A stretch of 63,995 nt of DNA, counting the filler, from Hyphochytrium catenoides (taxonomy: Eukaryota > Protista > Hyphochytriomycota), in NCBI GenBank assembly GCA_900088475.1. It is 12 parts of 12 records of this genome, joined end to end, with 100 filler letters (N's around TTAATTAATTAA, not from the genome) between each part and the next. Parts side by side here need not be neighbours in the genome. Positions count along the whole stretch, not along the records: positions 59,851 to 62,890 come from FLMG01000149.1; positions 62,991 to 63,995 come from FLMG01000091.1; 10 more parts are not named here. One strand, given 5' to 3'. Shown here in pieces: positions 62,241-63,995 of this stretch. Positions within the stretch are counted from its first letter, which is position 1, and every line of letters starts with the position of its first letter. Made by a program: the position numbers and the translations under genes. Below the pieces are notes generated by a model that saw only the letters and a list, made by a program, of their open reading frames with translations, did no database searches and had not been told where the DNA came from.

Positions 62241-63420
62241 TATTATCAAACTCCTAAACTTCATAGTTGTGGTCGCTGTCCATACTACTGGCTGTCCAGT
62301 GGCCCACCTCGCTACTAGAGGAAATCTTTATCAATAATAATACCGAACGAAAAACAACAAATGAAGGTGGCATGTCAACAGAACACCTCTGTGATGAAAG
62401 GCTGGTGTTATTATTGTGGGCTACGACCGTGTTATTGCGTTCCCACACTTAATCTCTTGATCCCCTTGTCTTGGGTCCCTTCCCCCTTTGTCATTCTTCT
62501 ACGGCAGTCGGAGTTCAGAGATCCGGAAGCAAGGGCAGGCTGGAAGAAGCTTGATTCTCGAACTCTCATCAGAGTTGTTACACTTAGTTCTATTTAGAAT
62601 AATTTGGTTGTAGGACATTTATTCAAAAAAACATCATAGGTGATAAGGCACATGGCGTTGCCTGGTGGAGGGCTTTGGTGCGTCATCACTTTACATTAAT
62701 CGACTAGCATCACATGCTCCCATCGATTGTTCATTGTCCATCACTGTCCAGGTGCTAACTTTACTCAAACTATCTTGAGCCTCCTTTCACATGTTGTCTC
62801 TCCACCATACGTTCTCATACCCTCGTCCTCAAACCCTTTTTCAGTAAGAAAGAATTGCCCAGGATACTCTTTCAAGTGGCTCCCTTTCATNNNNNNNNNN
62901 NNNNNNNNNNNNNNNNNNNNNNNNNNNNNNNNNNTTAATTAATTAANNNNNNNNNNNNNNNNNNNNNNNNNNNNNNNNNNNNNNNNNNNNCGCTTGCCTT
63001 CGCTTCCGTGCTACTGTGTGACCTCTCTAGCTCTGTCTCTCTCTCTCTCTCTCCCATCGGCAACTTCTAGCTCCACCTAGCCCATCTCTATAGTTAGAGG
63101 CTACCAGCCTGTATCAAGAGAGAAGAGAATGAAGCATATGGTAGCTTCTCTCCAAAGAGAGAGAGACGAGGTGGCCAAATGTGGGCTATGTGTGTCCGTC
63201 TTGTTCTCTCAATTTCTTTATATTATTGACTTCGAACATGAAAGGATGGGAGACTCTCTCTCTCTCTCTTCCACTGTTCCACTTATTAGAGTTTGAGCTC
63301 GAATTGATTCATAGCCAGCGGCTTGCCTGTGCTGCCAGCGCTCTTACCGCCGACACTACGGCTAGTGCTGCCCCGACTGGAACCCCCGCTGCGAGAGAGA
63401 GAGAGAAACGAGAGGAAGAA

Positions 63421-63468
<48 letters not shown>

Positions 63469-63995
63469 GTCACTGAGCAAGCAGGCGCTCAAGAGAGAGG
63501 AGAACCAACACAAGCTGCCCTTCTTCTTTCGGAGAACTAGACTCTTCGCAACTGCCACCTCCTTCCTAACGCCTCTTTCTATGCTTCTCTCTCTTTCTCT
63601 CCTTACTGAGTCTCTCTCTCTCTATTTGGACTCTCTCTCTCGCTTTCTCTCTCTCTCTACTTTTGTTGCTTAAGAGGTATCAAGACAAGACGGCGAGAGG
63701 TCCTACCTTCTTGAGCTGAGATCACTCCTAAAGCTGTCTCCCACGCTGTTCGCCGTCAGTCTCACTGGAGGCTGGGACGGAATGGAAAGACTGAACTCTT
63801 GGAGGAGCTGCAAGGCAACGTTTAGACAGGGAAGAGAGGGAGAGAGACAGAGAGAGAGAATGAGGGAGATAAAGACACGGAGGAGGAATGAGGGAGAGGA
63901 AGTGAGAGAGAGAGAGAGCAAAGAGAAAATTTGGACAGAAAGACTTAAAGAGAGAGAAGGATGGCCAGGGAGAGAGATCACAAGAGGTAGCAAAA

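Noticed and set aside
62991-63995. Minus-strand gene fragment at the window end
   Set aside because: Only short exon-like pieces with no recognisable motif; too weak to call.

Overview
Eukaryotic (probably protist) genomic DNA with very (CT)n/(GA)n-rich spliceosomal introns; the organism cannot be identified from this window. It is not one locus: about 12 contigs are joined by 11 artificial 100-bp spacers (N44-TTAATTAATTAA-N44), so synteny across spacers means nothing. Most ORF-track entries (SLSL/RERE) are microsatellite artefacts. Genes reconstructed by manual splicing: an intronless 4xPAS protein with no visible output domain, glyoxalase II (HAGH/GloB), peptide deformylase (partial), a signal-peptide PA-domain protein (partial), a large membrane + ankyrin + TIR + degenerate-TIR protein, a TMEM198/DUF4203 protein, an atypical bacterial-like TGT fragment, a MORN-repeat fragment, a WD40 protein, the 3' end of TCF25/Rqc1 and a BPHL-like hydrolase. 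Mobile DNA: a Ty3/gypsy gag folded into a ~640-bp-arm inverted repeat behind an LTR end/PBS, a gypsy RNase H relic, a CRE-like non-LTR relic and a 230-bp hairpin element. The best candidate for a new system is the TM-ANK-TIR-TIR receptor-like protein, whose first TIR keeps the catalytic-type Glu. All calls are by motif recognition; no searches were run.
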